A stretch of DNA of 63,989 bases, counting the filler, from Streblomastix strix (lineage: Eukaryota), in the NCBI GenBank assembly GCA_008636045.1. It is 3 parts of 3 records of this genome, joined end to end, with 100 filler letters (N's around TTAATTAATTAA, not from the genome) between each part and the next. Parts side by side here need not be neighbours in the genome. Positions count along the whole stretch, not along the records: positions 1 to 21,589 come from SNRW01000365.1; 2 more parts are not named here. One strand, written 5' to 3'. Below, piece after piece: positions 1 through 15,099 of the stretch. The notes under the pieces are model-generated. The model was given only the letters and a program-made list of their open reading frames with translations, ran no database searches and was not told where the DNA came from. Both the position numbers and the translations under genes were made by a program. Each line of letters starts with the position of its first letter. The stretch's first letter is position 1.

Positions 1-411
1 GAGAAATCATGAATGAGAATGCGTCAGTGTGAGGTTTTTTTATAAATATCATACACAATTTTAGAATATATTTCTCTTTCCCTCACTCCTACTAGATGAA
101 ACTAAGGGGGAAGAGGTTTCTCATTTAATTTTTTACCCTCACATCACTCTTACTTTTGTTGATCACCTCGCATGGGACATTTTTAGTCACAGAAAACCAG
201 TATTGGCACCTCAAGCAATAACTTTTAGCGCTTTCTTTTATATTTTTATACAAGGCCGACCCATAAGGATGGGCAGCTCAACGGAGCACCCAGTCCCAGC
301 GGCCCATTTAGCAATCTCAAAAATAAAGAGGAGAAGCAAGAGTCTTCGAAGGAAACGTAGTATAATAATACACTTTAAGAGACGTTTAACAATATAACCA
401 GTAAACTGATT

Positions 412-1800
412 ATGCAGCAAACCAACAATGCTTCGAGCAAATGAGCATTGTTTATTGAGTATAGAGTGCCTGTTTCTATGGGTTAACCTATATTATACGT
501 CGCGTCCGTTTCTACTCGATCATCATGACAGTTAAACTGCAGAATTATAACAATTAACTCAATTACAACTCAAACGACGAGGATGATAATGACGAGTAAC
601 CAGGCTTCTGTGCAAGAGCGACGCTTCCATTCGATTAATTCGTAACAGCGATAGACACAACTTCCAACCACGATCTTAATTATAGTGACTCTTAAGTGCC
701 TCTTTCTGTTGAGGATGACTAGTCATCTGAAATTCATGCATCTGGCGATGAAGAAATCTTCAACGAAGGATAATCGCCTCATTTTCGAAGATACGATGAA
801 TTGGCGAATGATTCTGACATAGATTTTGTCACTCCGAATGGGTATCAGGAAGTTCCAAGTACAAAATGCAGAAGATTAAATAAAAGTGATTCTGCAACTG
901 AGTGGAAATTTCTGAATCAGATTCTATCGCTCCATAGGACCCCAAAACAAAAACAATGACATAAAACTTTCCCCTCACCCTTTATAGAGTGAAAAACAAA
1001 GCAAGAATGCTGCAGTTAAACTGGTCGAAGCACAAATCCATCAAAAAGCCAAAAATTATGAAGTACTAGACCCTGATCTCGATGAAGACCACATTCGAGC
1101 ATTAAGACAAAAATCAAGATAAGATCTGACACCATTTGTCTTCACAGTCCCTCCAAGAATTGCTGTAGGCGAAAGAAATCCGTAAGTCGGAAACATATTA
1201 CGTAATCTAATTGCAGCTTAACGCACGAATTTTGTTGCTATTTAGTCATAATTCCTAATTGGTAAAGAAGTAGTTACATAAAGAATGCTAGAGATTCTGG
1301 AATTAATTGGTCAAGCAATTGCTGATGCATAACAAATAAGAAAACAGAATTTATCATATCGAAACAGCAATTTCTCATATTGCCACCCACCAGCTTCAGT
1401 TGCTCTAAGTCCACGTGATAAAATACTGATAAAAGAAGATAGATCTATTAGTTAACATTTCCGTTAAAAACAAAGAGATATTATCAGATCATTCAACTTT
1501 TTGCGTGGACGCAATTCCTACAGACGCGGAGGAGGTAGAAGATTCAGTAACAATTATAACAGTTCAAAATAAACAGCTCAAAATTAAGTACAATAAACAT
1601 CCCCTGATCAAAATAATGAATTTTCATAACTTAATTAAAATTTTCGAAAATACAATGATAAAAATATAAAAACTGCCACAATTCAAAGCTTTCCCAGCCT
1701 CCACTTAATCTTCAACTCATTCTTATCAACTCCGTTCAAATGCATAAATCGAAACAAACAGTCTGTCTTATAATAAACCAAATTGTGAAATTGAAAATGA
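412..1800 (+). pseudogene. gag-like ORF1 of a DIRS-type retrotransposon (degenerate)
   Basis: Long TAR-readthrough frames with TGA/frameshift breaks. The C-terminal part is RG-rich (RGRNSYRRGGGRRF, ~1503-1545) and overlaps the start of the RT frame, as in DIRS gag/pol organisation. Confidence 0.5.
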
Positions 1801-2240
1801 AACTAATAAACATTATCCCTGACCACATAGGCGGCATATTACTGAAGTTCCAACAAGAATGGAATAGTCTAGGAGCATCAAATATACTGAAAGCAGGTGC
1901 ATATGCAAACTGGATCTCCCCACTCGCTCCAACACTTCTGCTAAAATAATGACATTATTCAAAATTTCAAGGAACAACTCAAAAGATAAAAAAATATATG
2001 AAGGCATTGAAAGAAGAACTAGATCTTGGAATTGTTAGAGAAGTAAAGGATAGAGAAATAATGTTTTATAATAAGAAATACATCATATCTCGTAAAGACG
2101 GAAGATTAAGGAAGATAATAGACTGTCGCCCAATAAACAAAAATCTAAAAGACGTTCACTTTCAGAACGAAAACTTCTAAAACATATGCAACCTATCAAT
2201 AAAAGGAGACCGGAAGACAATAACAGATATTCAAACTATC
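1740..2240 (+). pseudogene. DIRS-type reverse transcriptase N-terminus (truncated)
   Basis: ORFs 1740 and 1998 are in the same frame, separated by TAA then TGA at 1950. Translation HIGGILLKFQQEW...EELDLGIVREV...KDGRLRKIIDCRPINKNL...NLSIKGD matches the DIRS1 RT N-terminus. The YxDD region is missing. Confidence 0.8.
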
Positions 2241-3083
2241 AGCTTCAGTTACCAGACATTCCCCCAAAATGTCCCAAATATACCTTTGTTGCTCCATATA
2301 TAGCCAGAAGAGCAAACAGCATAAAACTAGCACAAGATACTGTTAATAAAATACCTCAACATCTGGAAGCATCTGTTTTACGAGCAGCCAATTTAGGATA
2401 TAATTCCTGAAATAAGTATTGATGAGTTCCGAAACTTTTCATCTTATAGCCACTACAACAATATCTAATCCATTTCAAACTTAATAAGCGAACCAAATAT
2501 ACTATATAAGCTTATTTTTGTTATATAAACTAAATTTAATATGCATTTCATTCTAAATTTTGATTATAATTTTAATTTCTCACAAAACTCGATTTTACAT
2601 ATGCGATCATAATATAAACTAATTTTTTTTTTTATAATTATAAATAATTTATATTGTTCTACCAGTAAAACAAAACAAAATATAAAATTTGATTTATTGT
2701 TAATGAGTTTATTAATAATAACAAGATATAAAATAAAATTTGATTTGTTGAATATTATGACTCATACATTAAGATTAAGACTGAAGAGCTATTAATGACT
2801 ATTTATAAGTAAAATATATTGAATTAATATAATTAAAAGATTTGAAAATAATAATAATAATAAAAGGAATAATGAGTTCAAAAATATAGTTTGAATAAAT
2901 TTAGTGATAACAAAAAAAAGCTCCAACAAAATTCAATTGATCTCTATTAAATTAAAAAAATAAGCTCATAAATTAAATTATTCAGAATATAATCGGTTAA
3001 AGACTTATTATGCTAAATATATAAATATAAATATAAATAATAGTGAATTTGTCTATAAAATCTGTTAGAAATAATGATTATAT

Positions 3084-6000
3084 TCATGTTTAATTCAATT
3101 ATTCAGAAATATTTGATTTAATATTTCCTATTTCGTCTTTAACTTCTTGATCTTCATCTACAAGATTATCTTCAACATCTACATTATTCATTTATATTAA
3201 TGGTATTGACCCAGGTTTAAGTTTTATTTACTGAAAATCTGACTTACTTGGAATTTTGTGAAGTGGTGAAGCTTGAGTAACCATCGGTATTGTTAGATTA
3301 CGATCAGTAAATATGGCTGGAGAATTTGGAATGTCAAAGTCGTGCTCGATTGAGTGAAATGAAGAATGCGAATTTAGTGATGCTGATTAAGAGATTACTG
3401 AATCAGAGTTGTTTTTAGATAATTACATATTGAGCGGTTATAAGATACTATTAAATTTGTCATCTGATAATTAATTCGATAAATGATTCAGCGAAGATGA
3501 TTTTTCGTTTATTTTACTTGAATTTTCATCTATCAGAATTTATTCTTCCTTAATAGAATTGCGGTTTTGATTCATTCCAATTATTTCCCCATAGTCCAAA
3601 TCTTTTTATGTGAAGTTGAAGTGGCGGAAACGGACGTTGAATTGAGCTCGCTGTAATGCAGATTTTTGAGAATCGTTCTTTTGAGTTTATAATGAATCAA
3701 ATTCTTATTCTTATTCATTAACACCTTACTAAATATCTTTTTAAACGACATTTTTAATATTTTATTTATTTATAATTGAAGAATTTTGATTAAATTCATT
3801 TTATCTTGTTTATTTTAACTTATTTTAGATTTCTTATTTTAACTCTTTTTCATTCTTTCCTTGTGATTATTTATCTTTTTTAGACTAATCATCTTTTTAA
3901 TTTTCAATCTAAAGAATCTTTTCTTGTTTATTTTATTTTTCAATTTCAATATTTTATTTTTATTCTTTTTCATATTCTATAATGTGCGATCTTTTCCTTT
4001 CATGTTTATATTTATGATTCACCTCTTTATTAACATTTTCATCTAATTGTTCCATTTGTCGTTTACCAGTAAAAGGAGGAATGCTTTATAATACTTAAGC
4101 TTTGATATGATGATTATCTTTCTTCTTTTTCTTTACATCTTTATCTGTTGTGGATTATTTTTATTCAATATGTTACTATTCTGGAGTTTCAATACTTTTA
4201 TGTGAAAATTATTTCATAGGCGCTGTCATATATACTGGATATTAATCATAGTTGAATTAACCTAAGAAATTTTAATCTTGTTCAGAGCTTGGAAATTCGT
4301 CATTTAAATTATGATGAACTTTGTTATAAAGTTCGTTACTTTAACTAATCATCTAAATATTCTTATTTTTTTTCACTAGTGATTTGAACAAACAATTGAA
4401 GTTAAAGTTTAAGCCTGCAAATTCCAATCGTTTTCTGTTATGGATCACCTTTTCAGATACTCGAATTAGATCAAGTGAATATTCAGATGAATCTCCAATA
4501 AAATTCTTTGATAATTTAATTGGTTTTCTTTCAACACCTTTCGGAATAATCTTATCGATAACAGGATCATTGTTGAATCTCATATTAATGTTGGATTAAA
4601 TTCCAACAGGTTCACATAGAATTTCATTTCTGTATTTCTTCCATAATTGATAATTCAAATTTCTTTCACGATTATGTGAATGTAGAAACTCTGCTTAGAT
4701 TTTATTGATGAAATTACCCTTCTTATGTTTTAGAGTTAACATCAGCTGTTTAATTCCAATTTCTGATTATTTGAATAGTTGTAACATATTCTTTGCTTCA
4801 TCATTCGTAACTCCAGTAACCAAAACATTTGATGGTCTTTCAAGCATAGCTTTTAATGCATAAGATGCTTTCATTAATATTATCTCATGATTAGATTGCT
4901 ATATTTCATCTTAAGACCCTTCTGGCAAATTCAATCCTTGATAATTACTAATAAACCGTCGAATTATCTCGCGAATGATTAGCCTGTGTTGAATCAATGT
5001 TTTTCTATATAATTATAACTAGCGAAGCACAGACTGGAAATTCTGATATGTGAGTATCTTAAAGTTTGTAACTTCAGTGTTTAATGGTGTTGGCGATATT
5101 CCAAATAGTGAATAGCTTTGGATATATCTTCCATTTCTCAAACTGTATAAGTTAGCGATGAAATCGCTCATTGGAACAGGTGGGAACCTCGATATTCTGC
5201 CAGATGAAATATACTCTCTTAATGCTTGTTCAACTACAGTTATTCTGAAAGATTTATCTTCGATGCTGTGAAACTGTTCAACGATTTGCCTCTAGCTGTG
5301 CTTCCAAACGTCACCAAAATTCATATCCATCAAATTTGATACGTGGATGGATGTTGTAACATCGTTTAGAGGTATTTCATCATATTAAGTCAGAATGGCT
5401 CGCACTATTTCTCCAGATTTAGAGAATATGGCGAATGATGGGATTGATGGTAACTGTTGCATCGCTCCCTTTGGAGTTAATGTAATCAAGTTTATTGATG
5501 GTTTGATACCACTTTATTTAATAGATAATGAGTTTTCATCGTCTAAGTCTTCAGCATAAAGTTAATCTTCATCTTCATCTATATTATCAATTTGGAAATC
5601 TTAAATATTTTATTTATTGTTGATTGTATCTTCAACTTTTGTAGAACCACTCGATTTTTATAATAATGATTATTCATGATTACTTCCTATTTTCTGAATG
5701 AAATCATTAGTAACTTCGCCAAATACCGAATACGTTCCAGATACGCATCTTTGAATGAAAGAGAAATGTTGTGAAGTTGGAATTCTTGCATTCAGGATTG
5801 CACAAAGAGGTAAATACTCGTATCCATCCGAGTCTCGAACATTGCACAATTAATCTTTTTGAAGCTTTTTCATTCTCTTATGAAGCGGATTGGGCAGAAG
5901 AGCATAAATAAGAACTTCTAAATCTGAAACTAAGCCAAATTTGTTTGAGCCGAGTTGTGCAATGTCGATAATAATTGATGGTGCATATGCTTATGAAATT

Positions 6001-9000
6001 AGTTTGACTTTTGAACTAAATGCAGCAGCTGACCTGACAAGATCTCTAGGTCGATGTTTCATCTGTATTCCTGCAACAGATGCAATATCAGATCCAGTTA
6101 GTGGTGGAAGTTTTATATCTGAGAGTTCTTTATTTTAATTAAAATGAGGTTGATTCTAGGATTTCAATTGAGAATTATCTTTTGTTTGATTAGTAATTTA
6201 TAAGTTTCGATGATTATGATATATTTAAAAGACATTATTGCAATGTCTGCACCTTGGTTATGCAAAACAAAGTGATAATATTGATGGTTTTGGCAGTTCA
6301 ATCTTCTCTTAATCTTCCTTCTTATAAAATACCATCAAAGTTGGAGGTATTTTGGGTTGTTTTTGAGAAGTTGATGTTGGTGTTGATGAATTTGAATTAA
6401 TTTCATTTATTTCATTCGATTCTTTATTTATTTTCTAATTTTTCTTTTTCTGTTTTGTTTAATTTATAGTTTATTTCTTTTAAGTAATCATCTTTTCAAC
6501 GAGTTTATCATCTGAAGGATTATATGCGCAGTATCTTCGCTATTAGATCAATGATAGATTGATTAGTTGAGGATTTAAATTTATCTAAATGTTCAAAAAT
6601 GCAAATCCAGTTGGAGCAAATACAACTGAAGCATGAAGAAACTATGGCATTTACATATATGTGGGAATGATGTTATTCTATTTTTAGATAATAGTTAATG
6701 CTTTGTATCCAGTTTATTCAGAGAAGGCAGTTTATGAAACAACATTTTGGGAAAGTCGCGCAATTGTTGGACGTCCCTATGAAAGCTGCAATGAAAAAGA
6801 TGTTACTGGAGATGGAGCAATAATCATAGCAATTTATCGAATACTGAATGTGAAAGGACTGTTGATAACATATGACTCAATTTCATTGGTAGGAATTAAT
6901 GATGTTTCATTATTGTACGTATAAAATTGTCTCATCTTAGGCACTTATAATCGAGAGTATTATTTCGGTTGTCCTTTGCTATCATTCAAAGAACGAACAT
7001 TAGTTATAGATGCATGATATGGTGCTGTTGGTAAGATTTCTCCACTAGATGAGAACATTGGAATTGTACATGAGCAATATTATGATCCAATATATTGATC
7101 TTTTTCTTTATCTAATGATTGCATTATAGAATTCAATTAAGTTGTATATTCATTATCTTGCCATCCATCATTTTGCTTAATTTTGATTATTTTATTGAAA
7201 TTCTCAAGAATCTTAGATTTAGCAGTTAAATAGTACATTTTGCTCTATGAACTTACTTCACTATCATCAATTCTAGACCCTAGAAAGAAAACAAACACAG
7301 ATTATCCATTAATAACTGCTAGAATAGAAGGATTAAACCCATAAATGCCTTAAACTCCGCCAATCAAGCGAATTCGCTTGTGAAGAGTCAATGAAATATT
7401 CAGAAGTTGCATCCTGTCATAAACGGCACTCATCGGACTGGTTGCAAAGTCTCCAAACGTGTGTGAGTACTTTTCATCGATTGCTTTTTGAATCTGGTCA
7501 TCGGTGAAGTGAATAAGACTTTCATTATCAGATTAAGATTGCGATAATGATTGATTTTATTACTATTCATTCTGATTGAGTTGCTGCTCAAGAAGTTGTC
7601 TAGCTGTATTTCTGGCATTTCCAGTAATATGATGGCGGTCGACTTCAAAAATGAAAATATCAGTTATTACACTCTCATGAAACGTTTCATTCTAGTAATT
7701 AGGAAGATTCTATTATTATGCCTATTGATTCGAACTATCTTTAATCTGTAAATCAGACTTTTAGGATCCAAATGAACTTTCCCTTCCAAGAACACATAAC
7801 AACGAACGCGCGTATCTATCACTGTATTCACCAGTTTGCATTACTCTGAGAAGATTGGAATTGATCTCTTTTGTCTTGCTTTCTACTTATGATTAGTCGA
7901 ATTCTTTCTTTTTTGTGTTGAAATATTCATTTTCATCAAACTTTGCATGTTCAATATTATCTTCGCCATATTTAATATTAGGTTGAAAATTTTCAATATC
8001 GTTTTAAGAATTACTTGAATTTGATATTATTGTTCCACTTGCTTTAATTTTATCTAATCTTTATTAAAGATCCATCATCTTCAATATCTTCCTTATATCT
8101 ATTTTGATATCCTATTTTTCCAAATCTTAATATAAATTATTTATTTTTTCCAATTGGCTATTATCATACTTCAAATCGGTTGAAGCTTCCTCAAGTTCAT
8201 TAAATGTCGATCTTTTTACTTTCATCTGTTCGTTAAGCCCTTATTATGTTGGAACTGAGACACTAACCATACCAAAGAAGTTGTATAATTACGTACTCAT
8301 TCCGTAATCATCAACACTGAAATAATTTTCAACTGTTTGAGGATTTTCTTTTTATTCATTAGATAATGAAAATGAATTATTTTGCAATTCATGTATTTTA
8401 TTTCCAAAATCTAGTCTGAGATTTGACAAGTTGAGTTGCCCAATGCGGAGATGCATTTCAGTTTCATCATACAATATAATCATAAATGAATTTGTAACTG
8501 AACTCACAAATTACTCATAAGATTATGCTGTAAATTCAATTCTTTTGTCTTTAGTATTTTCTATATCAGAAATTTTAGTTTTTGATGAGAAAGGAGATAA
8601 ATGTTTAGATTAATGTTGAGGTAATGGTAATTATTAATCAATTTATATATTCAAGTTATCAATTCCAGATTCATTTTCCTAATCTTTCACTATTTATGCT
8701 TCATTCTCATTCACATATACTGATTATTTTTAGAACTGATTCAAACGAACGCTTCTGTTTTTAAGCGCGTTCTTCAAATATGCTGGATTCAAAAAATGTG
8801 GATATCCAACTCGGAAATTGGCTTTCGTAGAGTAGCACAAACTAACCTTTGCTGGATTAAGTTTGTAAGGAGGAAGTTTCTTCTGTCGATAATCTTTGAA
8901 TCGTTTTGAGTAAGCTTCAATGTTCCAGTCAGAAGCCAAATCAACGAATGGATCTCCTTTGTAATCGTGATCAGGTATTGATTCGTGGAAAAACTGACCA

Positions 9001-12000
9001 GATAATTAAAGCCTTTAAGTGTTAAATTATTGTTCGATTGGATCTATTCCTTGATATTGATTATTTTTAATTATTCTTCTGTTTTCAAGATAATTTATGA
9101 AGATATCGTGGAATGGTTTGTAAATTTCTTAATCTTCACTATTATATATTCCTGAAATATCCAATCCTAATCCTGCAAGAGATGATTATTATATTCTACT
9201 TGAATAATGTTTATCTGTTGATAATGCAGTATTTATATTATCTTATTCTTTTCTTTTTTCAATGAAATGTTTCTTCTGATCAAAATTAGTATCCTGATCA
9301 ATTGGCTTATAATACGGATATTGAGAATACTCCCTGCAAAGAACAGCAACAGAGTGCAGAGTAGGAATATGCGCAACAGCAATTGGCAGCGAAGACAGAT
9401 CTTTGATCTGCCTTGTAATAACTCTTCTTTTATCTACAGTCCCAAAAGACAGCTTCTTCTCCGCAAAGTCGATCCAGCAAAGAGTCGGATGTGGGATTTC
9501 TGTCTTCTGTGTGTCTTCGCTCTAGCTTTTGAGTGATGATCCTTGTTTAATTATCTTTTCATTATTATTATTATTATTATCTTTAGTGTTTGTTACTTAT
9601 TTGAATTGCAACGAAGGTTCCTCATCAACAATTCGTATTGGAACCAGCGAATGGACAATTCCCGAGTACTCTAAATCGCTCCACATAATCTTGCATGAGC
9701 TGCTGCTCCATTGCAGTGCATATGCTCTATCGCCATACAAGTATATAATTTATCCATCATCAGCCATTTTGACTCTCTATGGGAACAGACGCATTGTTGT
9801 TACTATTGATGGGAAGAAGAAATGTGAAGTATTTGACTTTGATTATTTATTTTATGGTTCTGGCGGGAAATCGAGTACTGCAGATAGTGGAATAAGAGCA
9901 GTTGCCAATTGACCATTGTGGCCTGCAATCATCAGCAATGAGCCATCATTCTATAAGTAACTTCGTTAGTAATCTTATGAGTAATGTGAAATTGCTGTAT
10001 TGGATTAGATTTCTTCTTTTGAATAAATGCGCATTTAATTGTCAAATGAAGTAAAAATAATCTATTCGGGTCTATCGAATGGATATAGATCTAAAATTCT
10101 TGTAATTGCAATCCTTGAAGAATAGTGTACTTCAACAAATTAATGCGAACCACACTGCACTTCAACAAATCTAATTTATTTAGTTCTTAATCTTTCTTTG
10201 CTAGAATCTTAATTTAAACTTTAAATTTGTTCAAAGCTTAATACTTTGCATTAATTCCCTGACCCAATACGAATAGAACGTTTGCTTTCTATATTAGTAT
10301 CACTTATTACACCATTCTGAATAACAAGAGCAGGATCTGGACGCAGTACTGTTGGATAAGCAATTTAATACTTCATCTGATCCAATAATAACTCACCATC
10401 GTCCCACAGTTTATTTCTAATATCAACTTGCTGTTATGCAATTTATGGATTGTCCAATCTGAACATGAAAACAGCTGGTGGTTATTCGCATCCAACAATT
10501 AGGAACGTACGAGTGCAGATTGTTGATGCAGTGAGTGTCTTTACTTGTGATGGGAAACATAAGGTTGCTACTGGAGATAAAATGGCTTGAAGCTGAGTTA
10601 AAGTTGATTTTTTATTGGATTATGAATTTTTTTCTGTTATATTTGTCTTTATTTGTGGTTTTGATGGATTCCAGACGAGAACAAACACTATGCATTTATA
10701 GGATACTGCAATCAGATTGTCTGTTATGCATGAGTATTCAAATGTTAACTATTATGTCTTTTCTAATGGAATTAATAGTGAAGAAGAAGTAGATTATTTT
10801 TTGCTTTATTGTTTGTTAATATTAAAGTTCACTTGATTTTTCTATAGGTTCTGAATTTTCAGCAAACATTATTCTTCAGTTAATATATCAGGACAAGGCC
10901 AGCATAAAATATGATGTGCATCATATCCAATGTATTCAGATATTATTTCAAATTGTTTTTCACTATTCTTGTTATGATCTTATTAATCTATTTATTTATT
11001 CAATTCTTATTATTTTGATTATTATTATTATTATTCACGATTAACTTAATGTGCAGAATATCTAAGTGTCGGAACAATCCTCACTTCAGATGAAGTTATT
11101 TGAACAATCGCTCCTTGTACACATCCAAGTGAAAGTGTCTTCTTTAAATTGTCAATTCCAACGTCTTTTGGATCAATTGGTTCAACAACATCTTCGTGGA
11201 GTAAGAAAACGGATGACGAATAAGTATTGCGAAGATTTCCACCATCTTTCAATAAGCTGGAATATTCAGTGGGATATTATGTTTACTTCTTTTAATTAAT
11301 CTTTCTGATATCATCTTTATTCTATTCTTTATGTTTATCCCTTTCAATATCAACTGTTCTTTCTTCTTCAACCAGTAACAATGAATGAAGATGCGCACCT
11401 GAATAAGCATGACTAGTAAACAAAGTCGGTAACTGATCGTACCATTTCCCTTGCATAATTATCTACAGCTTGTGCCCAATACCAACGCTGTGCAAAGCAC
11501 CTTACCTTCCATTCCCAACGCCAATAACAAACCGATCGTCAATTGAATGGTGCGGGCTGAAAATGTAGTAAGGGATCGGCGTAACTGAGTTTATGCACAT
11601 CGGGTTGTACTGGAAATCTTCGGGCTGTCCAGCATTGAGTTCTTTAATATCCGTGTCTTTACCTGGGAAATCGTAGAAGTCACCAGAACTTAAATCAACA
11701 ATCATTGATGAGTTGGAAGCTGATATAATGAAGAGCATCGATGTTCCTATTTTCAGTTGGAGATTATCAAGATCGCTTTTGTAGCTTGAAAGATCAGAAT
11801 ATTGTGATGAGTTTGCTTGTGTCAGAATGTCAGAATTTGATGATTATAATTGGAATGATGGAGATGTGATATTTTCAGTTTATTTTGATGATTATTGATT
11901 GAGTTGTGCTGGACGATACCAATTGCCTCCATTAGTCATTGCGAGCTCATTGAAATACTTGTATGGATACGTGTCTCTCTGAAATTGACCATTGGTTATG

Positions 12001-14470
12001 ATAATTAACGATTTTCCTGATGTTATGAAAAGTTTGTCGTATGTCTTGAACTAATTTTACGGTTTCCTTGTTTATAACTTCCTTAGTTGAGTTTTAGACT
12101 TGGTTTTAACTATTGTTTCTTTATTGATGTTTGAATCATATTCTTAACTTCCGGCATATAGAATGCTCATTGGTGGTTGGTTGAAAGGAATTGGAAAGAT
12201 GAAATTTAGTTGTGTCATTTGTGAAGTGATCAACCTTGCTTCAAAAGATGTGATAATCATAAATGAATGGAAGTTAGGTATTGGATCGTTAGTAAGAATT
12301 GAATTGCTAGAAAGAGGCGTTTTATTTGTGAATATTAGTGAATCATTATAGTTATTAAAGTTATTTTTATTATTATTATTATCTATATTATTATCTAATT
12401 TATTATCAATAATATCATCAATAATTTCTTGTGGATCAAAAGTTAATCTCATATTGTCAGATTATCCTCCATTATCTGTCCCTGTCATACTTGAAACCGG
12501 GGTGTCATTTGAAGTTGAATCTTCACTAAAATTCAAAAATCTTGATTTCTGTCTGTGAAATCTTTGGTTAGGAAAAGTTATTATTAGAGAAGTTTATTTG
12601 GATTACTGTCTCTGAATGTGAATATGAAGCCGGTCGACTGCATCAATAAATGCATCAGTTTTCGGTTAGTTATTCTCTGACGTATTTGAATACGGTTGCA
12701 ATGAAATGAATTTATCTTAATTTATATTCGCTTGTTTTTATTAATTCTTATTAATATCATTTGATTATGAAAGTGCGCCTTTAACAATATTCAGATTATC
12801 TGTATGAACTTGATTCAAAGTTTTAATCTCTTCGCCTTTAAAAGTCTTAATTACTCTATTTTCATCAATAACAGGCATCAATCTAGAAGTAGAAGGAGGT
12901 AAAGCTGTCAAAACAAACGAATGGAGCGAAATACGATGGTGCTCAAAGTCAAATAAAAGTGAAAGAACCGAAATTGCAGCTGGTTGATCTACAAGTGCGA
13001 TTGCTGTTGTGCCTGATTGGTTGTTGCTTTATTCTGTTTCTGTACTCGAATCTTTTAGTTATTTGTTGTTGTTTGCTATTTGTTGCTCAGATTTGCACTT
13101 TTTTATTGTTTTCCTCTGTGAAATAAACTCGGGGATCTGAATTCTTCCTCTTTTCGCATATTCATTCAATCCACATCCAGCAACTTCGCCATCTTTTTCT
13201 CTGTTTAGTGGATCAGCAAATGGGAACGAAGGCATAAAATAGGGCTTCTTTCTTATAGGAAACGGCTCAAGTTTCATTGAGGTTGTGAAAGTTAGATGGC
13301 GGATTCTGTTTATTGATTGGAATAGTGAGATATTGTTGTTTTTCTTTTTTAGAGGTTGTTGAATATTGATTTCTTTATCTTGCTGATTGAGTGCATAATT
13401 CGGTTGATCTTCATCATCTTCAAAGAAAATGAATGTTTCTGCATTTGCAATACACAAGTTCTTCTTATTCTGTTCAATACTCTATAAAACTTTCCATTCA
13501 TTTTCAAGTCCATTTCTAATCGTTGTATTCACATTTTCTTCTTTATATCCATGTTTGTTATCCTGATCAAAGAAACCAAATTTCTTCGGAAACTGTTTCA
13601 AAGCAGATAACCAGTTGTCTTTGATAGCAGAAAGGAAGTTTGCATCAGGTCCATCATATTTCACTCCTACAAACACAGTTTCATCAACAACAATCACTGC
13701 TCTGAAAGATATGCGAATAATCGGTTTGAATAATCCATTGTCTTGCTATTCATTATTTTATGGGGAAGGTCGTGTGAAGAAACGAGGTGAGTTGTCTGTG
13801 ATTGGAACTACAGACACGGCCCATTAGAATGTCTATTAAAATAAATGAATAAAATATTAAATAAAATAAATAATTAATTTGAATCAATAAATAAAAAATA
13901 TTTCATTAAGCTTAATTAAAAAAATATTATTATCAAACAGGATCGAGTCTGAATCTGCGTTATTCTGGTGTTTTCATTAATGGTTGAATTGACTTTAGAA
14001 TTGATCCTGTAGCAAGTGGGAAGAATCGAGTTTTGTTCCATTACAATAAAAGCCATTCTCCACCAATTGATAAAACAAACAGACAATCCAGACTATTTAT
14101 TTATAATAAAAAATATATATTAATTATTTAGTAATTTAAATATATATAATACAAACCTATGAGGTTATACAGATGCGCAAAGACTGTAAACTTCTTTATA
14201 GACGCAGATGTGGTCGACAAAATCAAAACTGTCTTCTTCTTCGTTATTGTGGAAGATGCTCAGAAATGTAGACTGAATAATTGAATGAATAAAGAATTAT
14301 TAATATAGATAATGCAATTAAATAAAATAAACTTTAGCAAGAATAAGTGATTCAATGTTCCTGTTGAAGAAACGACCAATAACTATCGAGTTAATCTCTC
14401 CTGGGAGTGCTAATGTCTCCAGATAGAAGCTATCTTTCCGTTCCTCCACATTTTCAGTATTAGCAGTCAT
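3084..14470 (-). CDS. Giant DDB1/RSE1(SF3B3)/CPSF160-family beta-propeller protein, ~3718 aa, 4 exons
   Basis: Exons 14470-14333, 14272-14157, 14092-13939 and 13832-3084 have GT-AG introns in consistent phase. The minus ORFs starting 13697, 13457, 12452, 11738, 11252, 8939 and 4583 share one frame ending in TGA at 3086-3084. Motifs: IVIGRFFNRNIESLILAKSTFLSIF, LDCLFVLS, VIGVGNGRQGALHSVGIG, KTLSLGCVQGAIVQITSSEVRIV, IYLYGDRAYAL. Confidence 0.75.
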
Positions 14471-15099
14471 TCTGAAAATAAAAATAAAAAATAAATATAT
14501 TAATAATTTTTTTTTGAGTAAAAAAAATGAAAAAATAAATAAATAAAAATGAATGTAGAAATATTGATTATATTCATGGCAAATTATATTATTATATTAA
14601 TTATAATAATACAAAGGAATAATTTAATATAAATTAAAAAAATGTATAGTAAAAATAAAAGTTTGTCACAGAGTAAAACAATTTTTAATATAGTCTTAAT
14701 AATTTATCGTTGGAACTTTTAAATTTAATTAAAAAAAGTAAAAAATATGTTTAAAATATATTAAATAATAAAAAAATTAACAATATATTGAATGGTTCAA
14801 TTCAGCCACGCAAAAATTTTGTTTTCTTTAAATTTCAATTATTTTCTAAAACATTGATTTATAGAATTGTTAAACAATAATTTTGAAATATATAATTTGT
14901 TTGAAAGTTGCAATTTGTTTTAAATAGTAATTTAATAGCAGTTTAAACCCTAAATTTTAATTGATCAAAAAAATTCGTTTGATTAGATTTATGTCTCTTC
15001 ATGACTTTTTATTTAATCTACACTTTATATAATTAAGAGAAATTTCAATTATTTGAATTGAAATGAAGCAAGTTGAAATTTGAATTTAAGAAACTGTAA

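Noticed and set aside
4384..13827. Plus-strand short ORFs in the track
   Set aside because: They are antisense shadows of the giant minus-strand gene.
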